Shown here in pieces: positions 52,730 to 64,000 of a DNA stretch of 64,000 nucleotides. A program made the translations under genes and the position numbers. The notes beneath the pieces were generated by a model. The model ran no database searches, was not told the DNA's origin, and saw only the letters and a list, made by a program, of their open reading frames with translations. Each line of letters opens with the position of its first letter. Within the stretch, counting starts at the first letter, position 1. Source of the stretch: Monocercomonoides exilis PA203 (Eukaryota; Protista; Preaxostyla); the NCBI GenBank assembly GCA_001643675.2, contig LSRY02000002.1, positions 124,001 through 188,000 on the forward strand, written 5' to 3'.

Positions 52730-53939
52730 ATTATTTTTGTTTTTGTATCATTTTTTTCTCCATTTCAATTCTGTTTTCACTTCGAACAAAGCCTTTCTAA
52801 AAATCACACTTGTTCATTGTACCAAATAAATATTTCAATTGAAACATTTCAATTAATTTCAATTTTGAATCATCCACAGGAAACAAAAGAATGACGAACA
52901 AAACTTAAATTTGAAAATGGAATGAAAAGAAAAACGTTAGCTTTTTCCGTTGTTGGTTGACGATGAAATTTCAAGTTGGAAACGACTCTGAACAAGTGAA
53001 AAAATGAGCAATTGTGATTCTTCCTAAGAAAAAAAATAAAGAAAAAATGAGAAAAAGAATGATTGATTAAAATTCTTTCGTATTTTGTTCAGCCCTTGGA
53101 ATCCATAAGTATGATTTCTTCTTTGCAGTGCATTGATATGGATGTTGTGCGATTTTTCTTTGGAAACTGTTTCATTTCGAAAGTCTGTCCACATGATGAT
53201 CATTTCATTTCATTTACTGAGTGCGTTCAAGAAAGGAATTCTCATTGAAAAAAGAAAGGAGGGAAAAAGGTGGACTCCGAGCGGAGTTAAAAAAATAGAA
53301 ATGAAAAGAGATTTTTGTAGTCGAATTGTTTGAAGTGAAGAAAGAGAAAAATAAAAAAGAAAATAATGATGAAAAATTCAATAAAGTTATCTGTTGTTTC
53401 ATATAGATAATTGACTTGCCAAAAGTCAAAAAAAACGTTCTTAATTGATTTCAACATTTATTTCTCTTGCTCTGTTTTTTCTCTCACGATAATATTTTTA
53501 TTTATTACTAGAACTGAAATCTCAGAATATTTTGACAAACTGGTGAGGAAACTTGAGGAACGCCAGATATTTGAAAAGTCCATTAAAGACACTGTTCTTT
53601 ACGATATATTAACAAACAATCATTTGTATTTTCATGAAAGTGATTTGCAGAAATATGATTGATGAAAGACTTTGAGTTGATAAAAAATGAGAATGATAAA
53701 AATCTTTCCATTTATCTTTTATTTGAAATTTATTTTTCATTTCAACAAAATGAAGAAAAATAAATATCACTTTTTTTTGATAAAGAGACACAAACATAAA
53801 TTGAATTTTGACATGATTTTCAAATGAAAAAAAAAGAATGTCAGAAAACATAGCTTTTGATAATCAATATTTAACATTTCTCATTTACAAAAGCATTCAT
53901 TGAATAATTTCCGAAACAATCTGAAAGTTAATTATCAAA

Positions 53940-55200
53940 AAGAAATTGTCTAAATCGAAGTTTTATGAAACCTTGTGAAAGAATGATCGAATCCTTCCAA
54001 CACCATTTTTTTCAATCACTTTCCTTTTCAACTCTTTTTTTTTAGACTTCTATTTCATCTTTCCCCTCTTCCTTCTATTGTCTTGAAGAATTTATAAGGA
54101 ATTTCAAGCTTCGAAATATCAGCCCATTTTTCAATATTGATTGTTGAATCTCCTCCTAAATAATATCGACGGACGCACTTTCCAGCAATTCTTCAATTTT
54201 CACCGCTCTTCTGTATGTTTTTTTTTAATGCATGAATACAATTATCGCTGAATTCTTTGTGGTTATCCCTCGATGCTCGAAACACATTTGAAATAAAGCC
54301 AAAATGCCTAACAAATAATTCTTTCCACGAATTGCAATGGATTAAGTGCAAAAGCAACATATTTTTCCATCTCTTCAAAAAAATTTCCTCATCAGTTTTT
54401 CGTTTCTTTCCTCTTCAATCTCTCTCTTTCCTTCTATATTTCTATTCAGCTCATCCAATTCTCTTTCCGATTCTCTCGCAAAATGCAGCTCGTTCACGAT
54501 GCCTTTTTCCAAGCCGTATGTTATATTAAAGCAGTTCATCGTAAAACTCCTAGCAGAATGATGAATTAGTCTTGTCAAATTGATGAGTTCATGATAATGT
54601 TGGATAATTTCTTTGAATTCATTCAATAACAGTTCCTCTGACATTTTCTAATGAAAAAAAGAAATAATAGTCAGTTTATAAAAAAATGGCACAAAAATAT
54701 TTCAAAATTGATATTCAAAGTTGTTAATGAAAGCAATACCATTACTCCTTCTTCGTTTGTTTTTTCACTTTCCGCTATCTTTAAGGAAGCTTTCGTAAAG
54801 AAAGGCACACTTATTGATATCAATTTCGAATTGAACCTGTTGTGAAGCAAACGACAGCATTCGCACAGATCAACAAGCCACTTTTCATTCTTTTCTTTCT
54901 TTTTTTGTCTTCACCAATGATCATGTCCTCAAATTTTGCTTTCGTAATAAAAAAATCATTTCATTCATTCCATAACTTTTTCAACATTCTGCAATATCCC
55001 TTTGGCTTTAACAGCCAAGTTGAATTTCTCAATGAAAATTTCTCTTCTTCCATAATTCAATTCAAATTGAAGAACAGATCGATAGAATAAATTGATTCCA
55101 ATTCTTTTTAATTATTTCTCAATTATTTCATTTATTTCTTAAGTTTTCTGTTTATGATCTTCATCATCGAAATCTTCCAGTCCAAAAAGCATTTCTGCAA
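53940..55200 (-). pseudogene. Decayed copy of an oxymonad multicopy helical protein family, inside the hAT element
   Basis: Frameshifted fragments EKNEKWLVDLCEC, LNEFKEIIQHYHELINLTRL, IVNELHFARESERELDEL, VFRASRDNH, VKIEELLES and ELKRKVIEK resemble a Monocercomonoides expanded family (recognition from memory). Confidence 0.65.
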
Positions 55201-56561
55201 AAAAAAATAAATAAAATAAAATAAAAATGGAGATTTCAATAAATAAAAATTCAAAAAGATCAACAACTTCACATAGCAAAATAATCATGTTTTGTTCAAT
55301 TTTCGTGCTTTCACGATGAAATATCAAATTGAAGACAACTCAACTATCATTAATTTTGTTGAACAAAAATAAGTTGAAAGATATGTTTTGAAACAACACA
55401 ATCAATAATTATCGATGATCATACCAATGTTCATTCATTCCATTGAGCTTTTGAGCCTTTTCTTTGAATGGAACAAAAGAATGATTTGATTTGTTTAAAA
55501 ATTCATATAATTGTGGGACATTTTGATCAAATGGCAATTTTCAAAAACATGTCAAATGAATCCTCATATATATATATATATATATATTTCTTTTGCTTTT
55601 GAAATAATTTTTTTTTTTTTTTTTTTTTTTTTGTGAGGTGGAAAACTGGTGACGGACGTGACAAACTTTTTTTTTCACGTCACCCAGGCTTACTTTATTC
55701 AAGTGTCACTTCACTCATTGAAAATAACATGACTTCATTTTTGATAAACCCAGTTCATTCAAAAAAGTTGAATTTATTCAAACTGAAAAATTCTATTTGT
55801 AATGTCTAAATTTTTTGTTATGTTCCTTTTGTTCAATTTTCGAATAGAACAAAAATCACAAATTTCGATCAAATTTCTGTTCCCAATCATGAAAATTCAC
55901 AAAAATGGAAATAATAACATTGTCAAGATTTCATTTTCATTTCAGCAAAATTTGGTGGTGGAAACAGAAATTTGATCGAAATATGAAATTTTTATTCTAT
56001 TTGAAAATTAAACAAAAGGAACTGAACAAAAAATAAAGACAAATTCATCTATTGTTTGCCTTTGGGAAGAGAATATGTATTCAAATGCTAAAATTATCAC
56101 AACTGTTTCAAAAACAGATGCATAATCTGAAATAAATATTAAGATGTCATCAATATATCTTTTCACTTTTTTGTGTTCAATTAATAATATTCAAGGGAAA
56201 TAATTGAACCGAAAATTATGAATGAAAAAATATGATTCCAAAAATTATCACCCACATCTCCATATAAACACATGAATTTCATCAATATAAATGAAAACAT
56301 TTTTTTATCAGAAAAATCTTGAACAAAAATATTTTCACTGTTATTTTTTAAAAAAAAAAAATTAAAAATTCTTTTCCAAGCAACAGAAATAAAAAAATTC
56401 TTATTTTTTTTTGATGAAAATGAGTGATTCCAATGAAAATTTAAGATATGAACAATCTTACAATTCGTGAAATGATTGCAAGACAGAACATTTTATAATT
56501 TTCAAGAAATGAAACAAATTAAAGTTCATTAAATTTTCTGAGTTAACAAGATATCAATGTC

Positions 56562-57424
56562 TTACATATACTCAACACATTCTTCATCTTCATTCTCTTT
56601 CATGTTCTCTTCACCTTTGCTTTCATTTGAAGATTTATCCTTTGAAAATGTTGTTGGGGGATGCGTTTCTTTCACTTCAGACCCTGATGATCCGGTTAAA
56701 GAATCGTCATTGAAATCTGTTTCTCCTATTATTTTTATAAAAGAAAAATTTAAATCAATCAACATTATATAAAGAAAAACAACACCATATTTTTTAACTA
56801 ACGCTTGAAGATCTGGAATTGCTTTTGCAGATAAAATTGGATATGGATAAGTTATCAAAGCATAAAGTTGCTGATCCCGAGAATTTTTCCACTTTATAAA
56901 TGAAAAATTTCAAAATTTGTCTTTTTTTCAAATACAATTCACACTTTAATCAAACAAAATCCTTCACCTTGAAGCGCATTTCCGAATCTTCCATAAATCA
57001 TTTCTGGGAACCATCTTCAAAAATGATAATTAAAAACAGATAGAAAGTTTTATACAACAAATCACTAGAAAAGAAAGCTAATACCTGTGGACATCAAAAA
57101 CATTTGAATCAATCGTAACCCCATGAGAAAATGATTGCATTTCATTTGAATGATATTGCAAAATTGTCCTAAAATGAACATATTTTTAACAATAGAAATT
57201 TACTAATCAATATTATACTTAAGTTCTGCTTCCTTTGCGGGATATGTGGAAAATAATATTTGTGCTTCATCATTAAACAAGACAAAACGAGACCATTCTG
57301 TGCAAGGATCGCTTTTAATTGCTGTAATAAACTCAGATTTGGATGTAATGTTCATTTCAGATAATTTAATACCACTTCCCTCTCCTTTATTACCTTCTGG
57401 CAAGCTGGATGACGAATCAGACAT
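56562..57424 (-). CDS. Profilin-like small protein (5 exons) with an acidic tail
   Basis: Hand-spliced product: ...WSRFVLFNDEAQILFST...AELK|TILQY...SFSHGVTIDSNVFDVHR|WFPEMIYGRFGNALQGEGFCLIK|WKNS...YALITYPYPILSAKAIPDLQALVKKYG|. The GxTh...F / IYGR..G.G pattern resembles the profilin fold. All introns are GT-AG. Confidence 0.6.
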
Positions 57425-57644
57425 TTCACTTAGTAATCAATAACTAATTGGGTTGTTAGATCTTTGTTAAAAATAATATGGCAACACTTTTTTATCATTC
57501 AAAATAATTGAGAAGAAACCAGATAATTGAAGAAGCTTATTGTATCAAAATACAATACTTAGCTTTTTCATTAAATAAACACAAGATCTTATCATTTTTC
57601 ATCTTTTCCAATTAAAAAATTTCGAAAAAACTTGTAAATCAAAA

Positions 57645-58247
57645 ATGTCAAAAGTTACATATCTCCAGTTATTTCGCAAAAAGTATTGCAAAGACAACAA
57701 ATTGAAGGATATGCATGAAGAATTTCCACAAAAAATTCCTCAAATTAAAAATGGATTTCTAAAAGATAAAAAACTTTGGAAATCTTCTCATTGCTTTGTT
57801 TGCTCAGAAGAAGAATACTTAATCGAATTTTTTAAGGACAATCCCGGAGTTCCAGTTGCTCTCAACTGTTTGACTTTTGGAGTGAAGCACACTAAAACTT
57901 GCAATTCAGCATCTTTACCTTCTTACACAATTCCAGAATCTCAACACATTACAAATTTATCAAAAGTTCAGTCGCCAAAATGTTGCACATATGATGAAAT
58001 AACTAAAACAAAATACTTTACTACTTCAGATACATTGGAAGAAGATAGAAAATATTATAAAAACGAAGCTCTAAGAGCTGGAAGAAGCCAAAAACGAACG
58101 AATCACAAAGATTATCAAATCAAAAAGAATAATGAGAAATTGTTATACCAACCAACAAATTTAATACAAAATGACATTGATTCTTCTTCAATAAAGACAT
58201 TTTCTTCACATGAATATTATTCGCCATCTGATAATTACAAAACATGA
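57645..58247 (+). CDS. Hypothetical protein (200 aa), possibly with a Cys/His metal-binding motif
   Basis: ATG-initiated 200-codon ORF in AT-rich DNA, with CFVC...C...H...C spacing. Divergent from the profilin-like gene across 220 bp. Confidence 0.55.
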   Translation: MSKVTYLQLFRKKYCKDNKLKDMHEEFPQKIPQIKNGFLKDKKLWKSSHCFVCSEEEYLIEFFKDNPGVPVALNCLTFGVKHTKTCNSASLPSYTIPESQHITNLSKVQSPKCCTYDEITKTKYFTTSDTLEEDRKYYKNEALRAGRSQKRTNHKDYQIKKNNEKLLYQPTNLIQNDIDSSSIKTFSSHEYYSPSDNYKT

Positions 58248-58622
58248 ATACTGGTCTTCAGAAATCATTAACGCTATGCTTTATTCGTTCCAGAGGCAAT
58301 TTTTAATCCCATATACACTAAGAAGTCAATAAAGAATTTCATATAAAAATTTTTAGGAGTAATTTGCCTTCAATACAGTAAAATCTCACTTATTGAAGTT
58401 TCTATTCTTTTATTTTAACTCTTTTGTGAAGTATTACAATACAAGTATAACAAAGTTATTCAAGGTCAATCAGCTACAAAAAATATTTTTTTACAGAGAT
58501 GTGAAATTAACTTTGAAAGCAAAAACAATTTGTCCTGTTACCATAAACTTAAAAATTGGCCAAAAATGTTTTATTAAAAATATTAAATATGTCTTTTTCT
58601 TAAATACATCTTCAAGAATTAA

Positions 58623-59399
58623 TTATGCAATTGTTGTACCATGAAATCCTTCACCCAAAATGCATTTTTCCATATTATCAAGGTTTGAACCATCCAGCAC
58701 ATAGCAAGTGATGGCATCCTCTTTCAGAATTTGCGCAGCAATAGGATCAATTACTGTGCACATTCCAGGAGTAAAAGTTGTTCCAACAATTCCAATCAAT
58801 TGATCGTGACTTATTTTTTCAAGCATTGGAAGGCCTGGATTTTTTCTTGGATCTTTTTCATAAACTCCAGGAACATTTGTTGCATTGATCACATTTTTGC
58901 ATTGAATAGCTCTTGCAAGCTTAACAGAAACAGCATCTGTTGATTGGCCAGGAATTGTTCCCCCCATTACAGTTATTAATCCAGGAGAAACTGCATCTGG
59001 AGTTGTGTCAGTTGGAATTGATTGCCTTGCATGTTTGCCCAATGCTGCAAGAAGCAAATGAGCATTCATACGCGTTGCAAGAATACCACATTCATCACAC
59101 TAAACATAAATGAATTGTTAAAAAAAAAAATAATAAAATTTATATTTCAAATTAACATTTTCAAATTAAAAAATATGCACCTCTGCATTTGTCAGATCTG
59201 GATTCAACCCTTCTGCACATGCACGCTTCGCTGCAATGTAATCTCGCGCAGGTCTTCCACCCCCAATAACAACATGACATAAAATTCCTTTTTCTTTCAA
59301 TCTAATAAGCATTTCTGCGACTTTTTTCACAAATTCCACTTGAGGTCCTGGAGTTGCGACAAGAGATCCTCCAACAGATAGGACAAATGTCTTATTCAT
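58623..59399 (-). CDS. pyrH: Uridylate (UMP) kinase, archaeal-type amino-acid-kinase family, 231 aa, one intron
   Basis: VLSVGGS, VVIGGGRPARDYI, D.CGILATRMNA, VMGGTIPGQSTDAV, NATNVPGVYEKDP, IDPIAA and FHGTTI. The phase-0 intron at 59100-59180 (GT-AG) joins the two ORFs. Confidence 0.92.
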
Positions 59400-59787
59400 C
59401 TTTTATTAAAGACGCATTAATACCTATAAAACTATAAAAAAAAGATGAAATGAATACCTTTTCAGAAAATTGATATATAATGAACTATGGTCATGATCAA
59501 TGAAAATAACGAATTTACATTAAATGAGTAATTTTTCTTGAAAAATATATTCATAATAATGAAATAAAACTTTTACGTCATTTTTGTATTGTTTCTTTTG
59601 ATTTCATCAGTAATTGATAAAAACTGTAAAATGAGAAATATCAATATGTCTCTTTGTAAAAAAGCGAAAAGATAAAACTCGAATATTGCAATAGATTTTA
59701 TATCAAAATATATTGAACTGTATCTTAACGTTTAAGATAATTCATTCCCTTAATCTTTTATATGATATTGCTATTTGTTTCTTTAAC

Positions 59788-62729
59788 ATGTTACAATTTG
59801 ACGTTGCGGAAAGACAACGCAATAGACGGAAAACATTTTCATGTGGTTTATTTATATATATCTTCTGTTTGAAATTTGTGTTTTTTAATTGACTCGTTAA
59901 TAGAGGAAACAATAATTAATGATCAATTGTTAAAAAATGATGAACATATAAGCTTAAGAGATTCATCTCGGGGAGAAAATCTCACATACATACGGAAGCT
60001 TCCATCCAAAAAAAACGTAAAAGGCTTTGAGGGGAAAATTAATGAATTTGTATGAAAAATTGAACTTTTTTAAAGTATAATTCTGCTGACTCATTACAGA
60101 GTAAGCTACTTCCTGACTTAACTGAAAAGCTTCTTTCTTCGCCAGAAAGCGCTTTAGCTGCTTTGAGGGTTATCAATTCATATTTAGAATTAGGTTTGAA
60201 TCAAGCATTTCTTTTGTTGTGTTGAGAATTACTCAACAGATAATGTCGTTATTTTTTGGAAGCTTTGCCAGTCTTATGCGATACAACCTATTCTTCAATG
60301 TCTTGAAAAAGAAAGTTCGATAAACATTATAATTGCAACGTTACAGATACTAACAAAATTAACATCTGGATTAAAAGAAATTACAATGATTGTTGCAACG
60401 CCAACAACAATTCATTACCTGATCAAATTGTTAACTTCGCCGTCACTTGAAATTGTTGAACTTGTGCTATCAATTTTGGGCAATATTGTTGCTGATCAAA
60501 ATGACCTTATTAAATGTGTTATTAGTGAAGGAATTGTTGTCGAAATAAGCCCTATTATCATTCGCATAATTTATATATTTCCTTCTGAATGGTTTGAGCA
60601 AAATATGAGGAAATCTTTAAAGCAAATGGAAGTCAATGAAATTGCCAACATATTGTCACCACATTCATTTTTCACATCAACAACTAGCTTATCATCAGAG
60701 ATGACATCGCCATCGCAGCAAACGTGCATAAGCCCACCGGCAACACCAAATCGACTCCAATCTCTACCAAAAACGTCTTCAATTTTCCAATTTGAAGTCT
60801 CGTCATCAATTCCTTATTCTCCGTCCATCACTCTTATAAGCAATCTGACGTGGCTGCTGTCTCAGCTGTTGAAAGCCCCTGTCAGCAAAGCTTTTGGGCG
60901 ACTGGTAATTCTTCTGCTGAAAGTCTTGCTGTACAGCACCATTCAGCAGATGAGGGAACTAAAATCGAGAAAAGCCAAAGCAGAAAGCAAAAGTGGCATC
61001 GAAAAAGGAGAAATGAGCAGCAAAGAGGAAGAGTCGATGATGGACGAGGAGCAGCTGCAGGAGGAAATGGCATACGACGAGCGGTTGTCGCACGCAGAAG
61101 TGATCCAATCCGACTCGCTGTGGATTCTGTCGCACATTTTTCGGGATGACTTTTTTGTTTCTGTTGCATTTTGCGACGATGATGTTGAATGGCTCGTCAA
61201 ACACAAGCTGAAGGAGAACGACGATTGCTTCGCCGAAGACAATTCTTTGCTGAACTGCCACAGCGGCGAAGAAAAGACACCAGCTATTGAACTTCCATTT
61301 GCGAAACAGATTTCTGAATGCTGCAACAATACGATGGGTGATTTTATTGTGAAGTGCTTGTGGTTTGCTGTTTATTTATTGCTTTTATTGCTTTCTTCTA
61401 ACAGGAATATTCCGCTAATGATACTCTCTTTCATTCAAATGCTTCAATCATCATCACCTTTTCCTAAACAAACACACCAAAAGCAACAAAGAAGCTGGGC
61501 TCTTTCTGCCAGCGCTGCATGCGTGCCAGTCAGTCTGCAGCACATACGCCTCTCATTCGCCTTCCTGCTCGATCGGCGTCGACTCTCTTGTCTGCTCTCA
61601 TTTTGTGCCTGTTTTGGCGTCGAGGCTGAAGTCGCTGGTGGTCGTCTCTCATATTTCTCTCTGGGAGAGCCAGCACCAAATCAAATCAACCAAGTTCTTC
61701 CATTCATTCATGTATGTCTCGAAAGTGTGGAGATTCGGGTGCGAAATCCTTCAGATCTTCTGCGACCTGACGAAGAGGATTAAGCCAGATGCGACTGTGC
61801 TGCTGGAGATACCAGAGGTTGTTGTTGACAACGATGGCGATTATCACTGGAGACAAATGAGAGCAAACACAAGTGAATCATTGGACGATGAAGAACAGTC
61901 ATTTCACCCTTCCACATCATCCTCTTTCACAACACCAGCATCTTCTACCATTTCAATCGTTGCTCTTCTCATTGGCATTCTCACATCAGACGCCAAAGAC
62001 GATGAAATCACCACAAAGTCCTTGAAGCTGCTGTATTGCCTGTTCCAATGCAGCTCTCCTGATCAGCGGAGGACGATGTGGCACGACGTGCTTTGGAGTA
62101 CAGAAGTTGTGCCAACATGGGCTGAATATGCAGTTGAGGTTGAATGGAAGGGAAAACACGGAATTGACCTGTCTCTTCTGACGAAAGCACTCAGCGCAAA
62201 GGAAGAGAAGGGCAGCCAAGGGAGGCAGTGGGCGAGTCTGATTGATGCCATTTCGCATCTTCTTTCTTCGCAGTCAGGAGCCATCGAACAAGTCCTGAAC
62301 TTGCTCGATCTGATGCTCCAGTGCGACAGACGCGACCGGAAAGGGCAAGCTCTTTCTGATCTTTCTGCCTCGCTGCTGCCTTCGCTCAGCGACGAGCTGA
62401 CACAAAGGGGAGTGCACCAAACACTCACCTGGCTGACCACATCACCTCAGCAGTGCGTGCGGGCAGAGGCACAGCGCATCCTCGCTGTGTTCTTTCCTTC
62501 AATGGACTCACCTTCAGAAGAGGCACTTGAGTCAGACGCTGACCAGAGCTGGCCAATAAGCGAAGCAAACACATCACACACATTTCAATCTTTGCCATCA
62601 CCTGGATGCCTTCCGAGTGTTCGAGATAGAGCTCTTGCAAAAGCAGCTGAAAGGCAACAACACCACTTGTCAATCGAACGTGCCCAAAAAGTTGAGAATT
62701 TGATTCCTTCTTTTCAAATTCCACCATGA
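59788..62729 (+). CDS. Armadillo-repeat protein, importin-alpha-like (divergent), multi-exon
   Basis: ARM motifs LIKLLTSPSLEIVELVLSILGNIVAD, NLTWLLSQL and DSLWILSHI, and a C-terminal AEAQRILAVFF. Short 5' exons start at ATG 59788 with a basic RQRNRRK stretch. Several internal introns are only approximately placed. Confidence 0.7.
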
Positions 62730-62963
62730 ATTTCAAAAATTTGTTTTTTGTTTCATTTCTGAATTATAAAGTCATTTCACGAATTTATTTGGTAGTGATT
62801 CAATTGAACACAATCACTAATTCCACTTCAACGCGAGAGTTCATTTCTTTGTGCATTTCAGTTATTTAATTATCATTTATTATTTTCGATTGACTAAGAT
62901 TAAAATTTTGAACCATAACTGAAATTAATGTAAATTTTCTATTTTTTAAATTCACAAAGTATA

Positions 62964-64000
62964 ATGATATGTGTATTTTACACATTATTATTTTGTAAAA
63001 TTTTTTGTGGTGAATTTTTTGGAAATACTTTGAAGAAGCATAATAGTCCCTATAACAATAATTTTTGTTTATGTAGTTCTTCAAAAGTTTTCTTTTTACA
63101 AAAGAAAAATCCTTCACAATCGCCTCTATGTAGCACTTCACATAACATACACTATTCATTAATAAACTCATCAACCATATATAACTGTTTATGTTTCCGG
63201 AAATATTCTCTTTTTAATTTGTTCACGATTTTTCGTCATTCCGAACTATCTTTGATTCATTGTACACTTTTTATAAAACACCATATTAACTCAAACACTT
63301 TTTATAATTTTGGTGTGGTATATATGTATAATATTTCATCAATTGCCGATTGTACAACAGTTAATTATCTTTCATCATTTTTTAAGGATGAAAGGGCTTC
63401 AGGGGACATTTTTGCGAGTAATTCGAAATTCACATCAGGAGAATTACATAATAAGTATTATAGACCATTATTTGGGGACGCGTTTGGCACCAGGCAAGTT
63501 ATAAAAGATTGTTATTTTGCTAATGTAACACAAAAAGTTTCATATCGCTCTTCGGAACCTTTTCTTTTCTCAAAATTTATGATGCCATTTTCACAAATTT
63601 TAGTTGTTTCATCTTTCTTCAATAAAGTCGACAGCCCATTTTCAGGGGGAATTGTTAATGGACTGAACGTTAGAGGAATATTTTATTCTACAAATAACAC
63701 TTTCAACGACTGCAAAACAATTTCACCAAATGCCGTAAATAGCAAATATGAAAAGCAACAAATTCTATTTTCTTCTGCAAGTTTTTCAATGGATTCATTT
63801 CAAAAATGCAGCTCTTCAGGAAGTGGAGATCCAACAGATGCATCTTCTTCAAATTCCGGAGGAGCAATTTATATATCAGGAACGAAAACAGCAAGAATTT
63901 CCATTTTTAAATGCGATTTTAGTGATTGTTGTACAGCTAAAACCCAATATGGAAGTGGAGGATCCATATATGCAAATAATATTTATTCTGTAAATATCAA
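62964..64000 (+). CDS. Secreted/surface GGA-repeat protein, 3'-truncated by the window end (absent from the ORF track)
   Basis: ATG 62964 MICVFYTLLFCKIFCG (signal-like). The frame is open to 64000 and contains SPFSGGIV, FQKCSS...SGGAIYI and FSDCCT...GGSIYA. Confidence 0.75.
   Translation, partial: MICVFYTLLFCKIFCGEFFGNTLKKHNSPYNNNFCLCSSSKVFFLQKKNPSQSPLCSTSHNIHYSLINSSTIYNCLCFRKYSLFNLFTIFRHSELSLIHCTLFIKHHINSNTFYNFGVVYMYNISSIADCTTVNYLSSFFKDERASGDIFASNSKFTSGELHNKYYRPLFGDAFGTRQVIKDCYFANVTQKVSYRSSEPFLFSKFMMPFSQILVVSSFFNKVDSPFSGGIVNGLNVRGIFYSTNNTFNDCKTISPNAVNSKYEKQQILFSSASFSMDSFQKCSSSGSGDPTDASSSNSGGAIYISGTKTARISIFKCDFSDCCTAKTQYGSGGSIYANNIYSVNI

Larger units (their letters stand above)
49451..55692 (+). 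mobile_element. hAT-superfamily DNA transposon (6,242 bp) with cargo
   Basis: 16-bp TIR TAAGCCTGGGTGA(T/C)GT at 49451-49466 and 55677-55692 with 1 mismatch. 8-bp TSD CTTTATTC at 49443-49450 and 55693-55700. Subterminal TGACG/CGTCA clusters at both ends. Confidence 0.93.

Noticed and set aside
49441-55700. 10-bp duplication TACTTTATTC as the TSD
   Set aside because: The TA at 55691-55692 is needed to complete the right TIR; an 8-bp TSD fits hAT elements.

Overview
Eukaryotic genomic DNA with short GT-AG introns, AT-rich intergenic tracts and the standard genetic code. The gene families strongly resemble those of the oxymonad Monocercomonoides; this is recognition from memory, not a database result. 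In order, the window holds: (1) a 5'-truncated giant receptor-like membrane protein with a dead kinase-like tail; (2) a multi-exon TBC/Rab-GAP gene; (3) a ~4,900-aa gene that, once spliced by hand, joins an N-terminal NACHT/STAND NTPase to a C-terminal TBC Rab-GAP domain (the Walker A lies upstream of the start given in the ORF track). This NLR-like/Rab-GAP fusion is the most striking item. Next come (4) a 5-exon GGA-repeat surface protein made of two duplicated modules with identical intron positions; (5) a repeat-rich zone with a 334-bp palindrome, MITE-like repeats, a decayed Merlin transposon with TIRs and an 8-bp TSD, pseudogene debris and a (TAT)~53 microsatellite; (6) a 6.2-kb hAT transposon with an apparently intact spliced transposase that carries a captured, decayed host gene; and (7) a compact gene cluster: a profilin-like gene, a hypothetical gene, an intron-containing archaeal-type UMP kinase (PyrH), an importin-alpha-like ARM protein, and the start of another secreted GGA-repeat protein. 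All splice models were derived by eye and need transcript confirmation.
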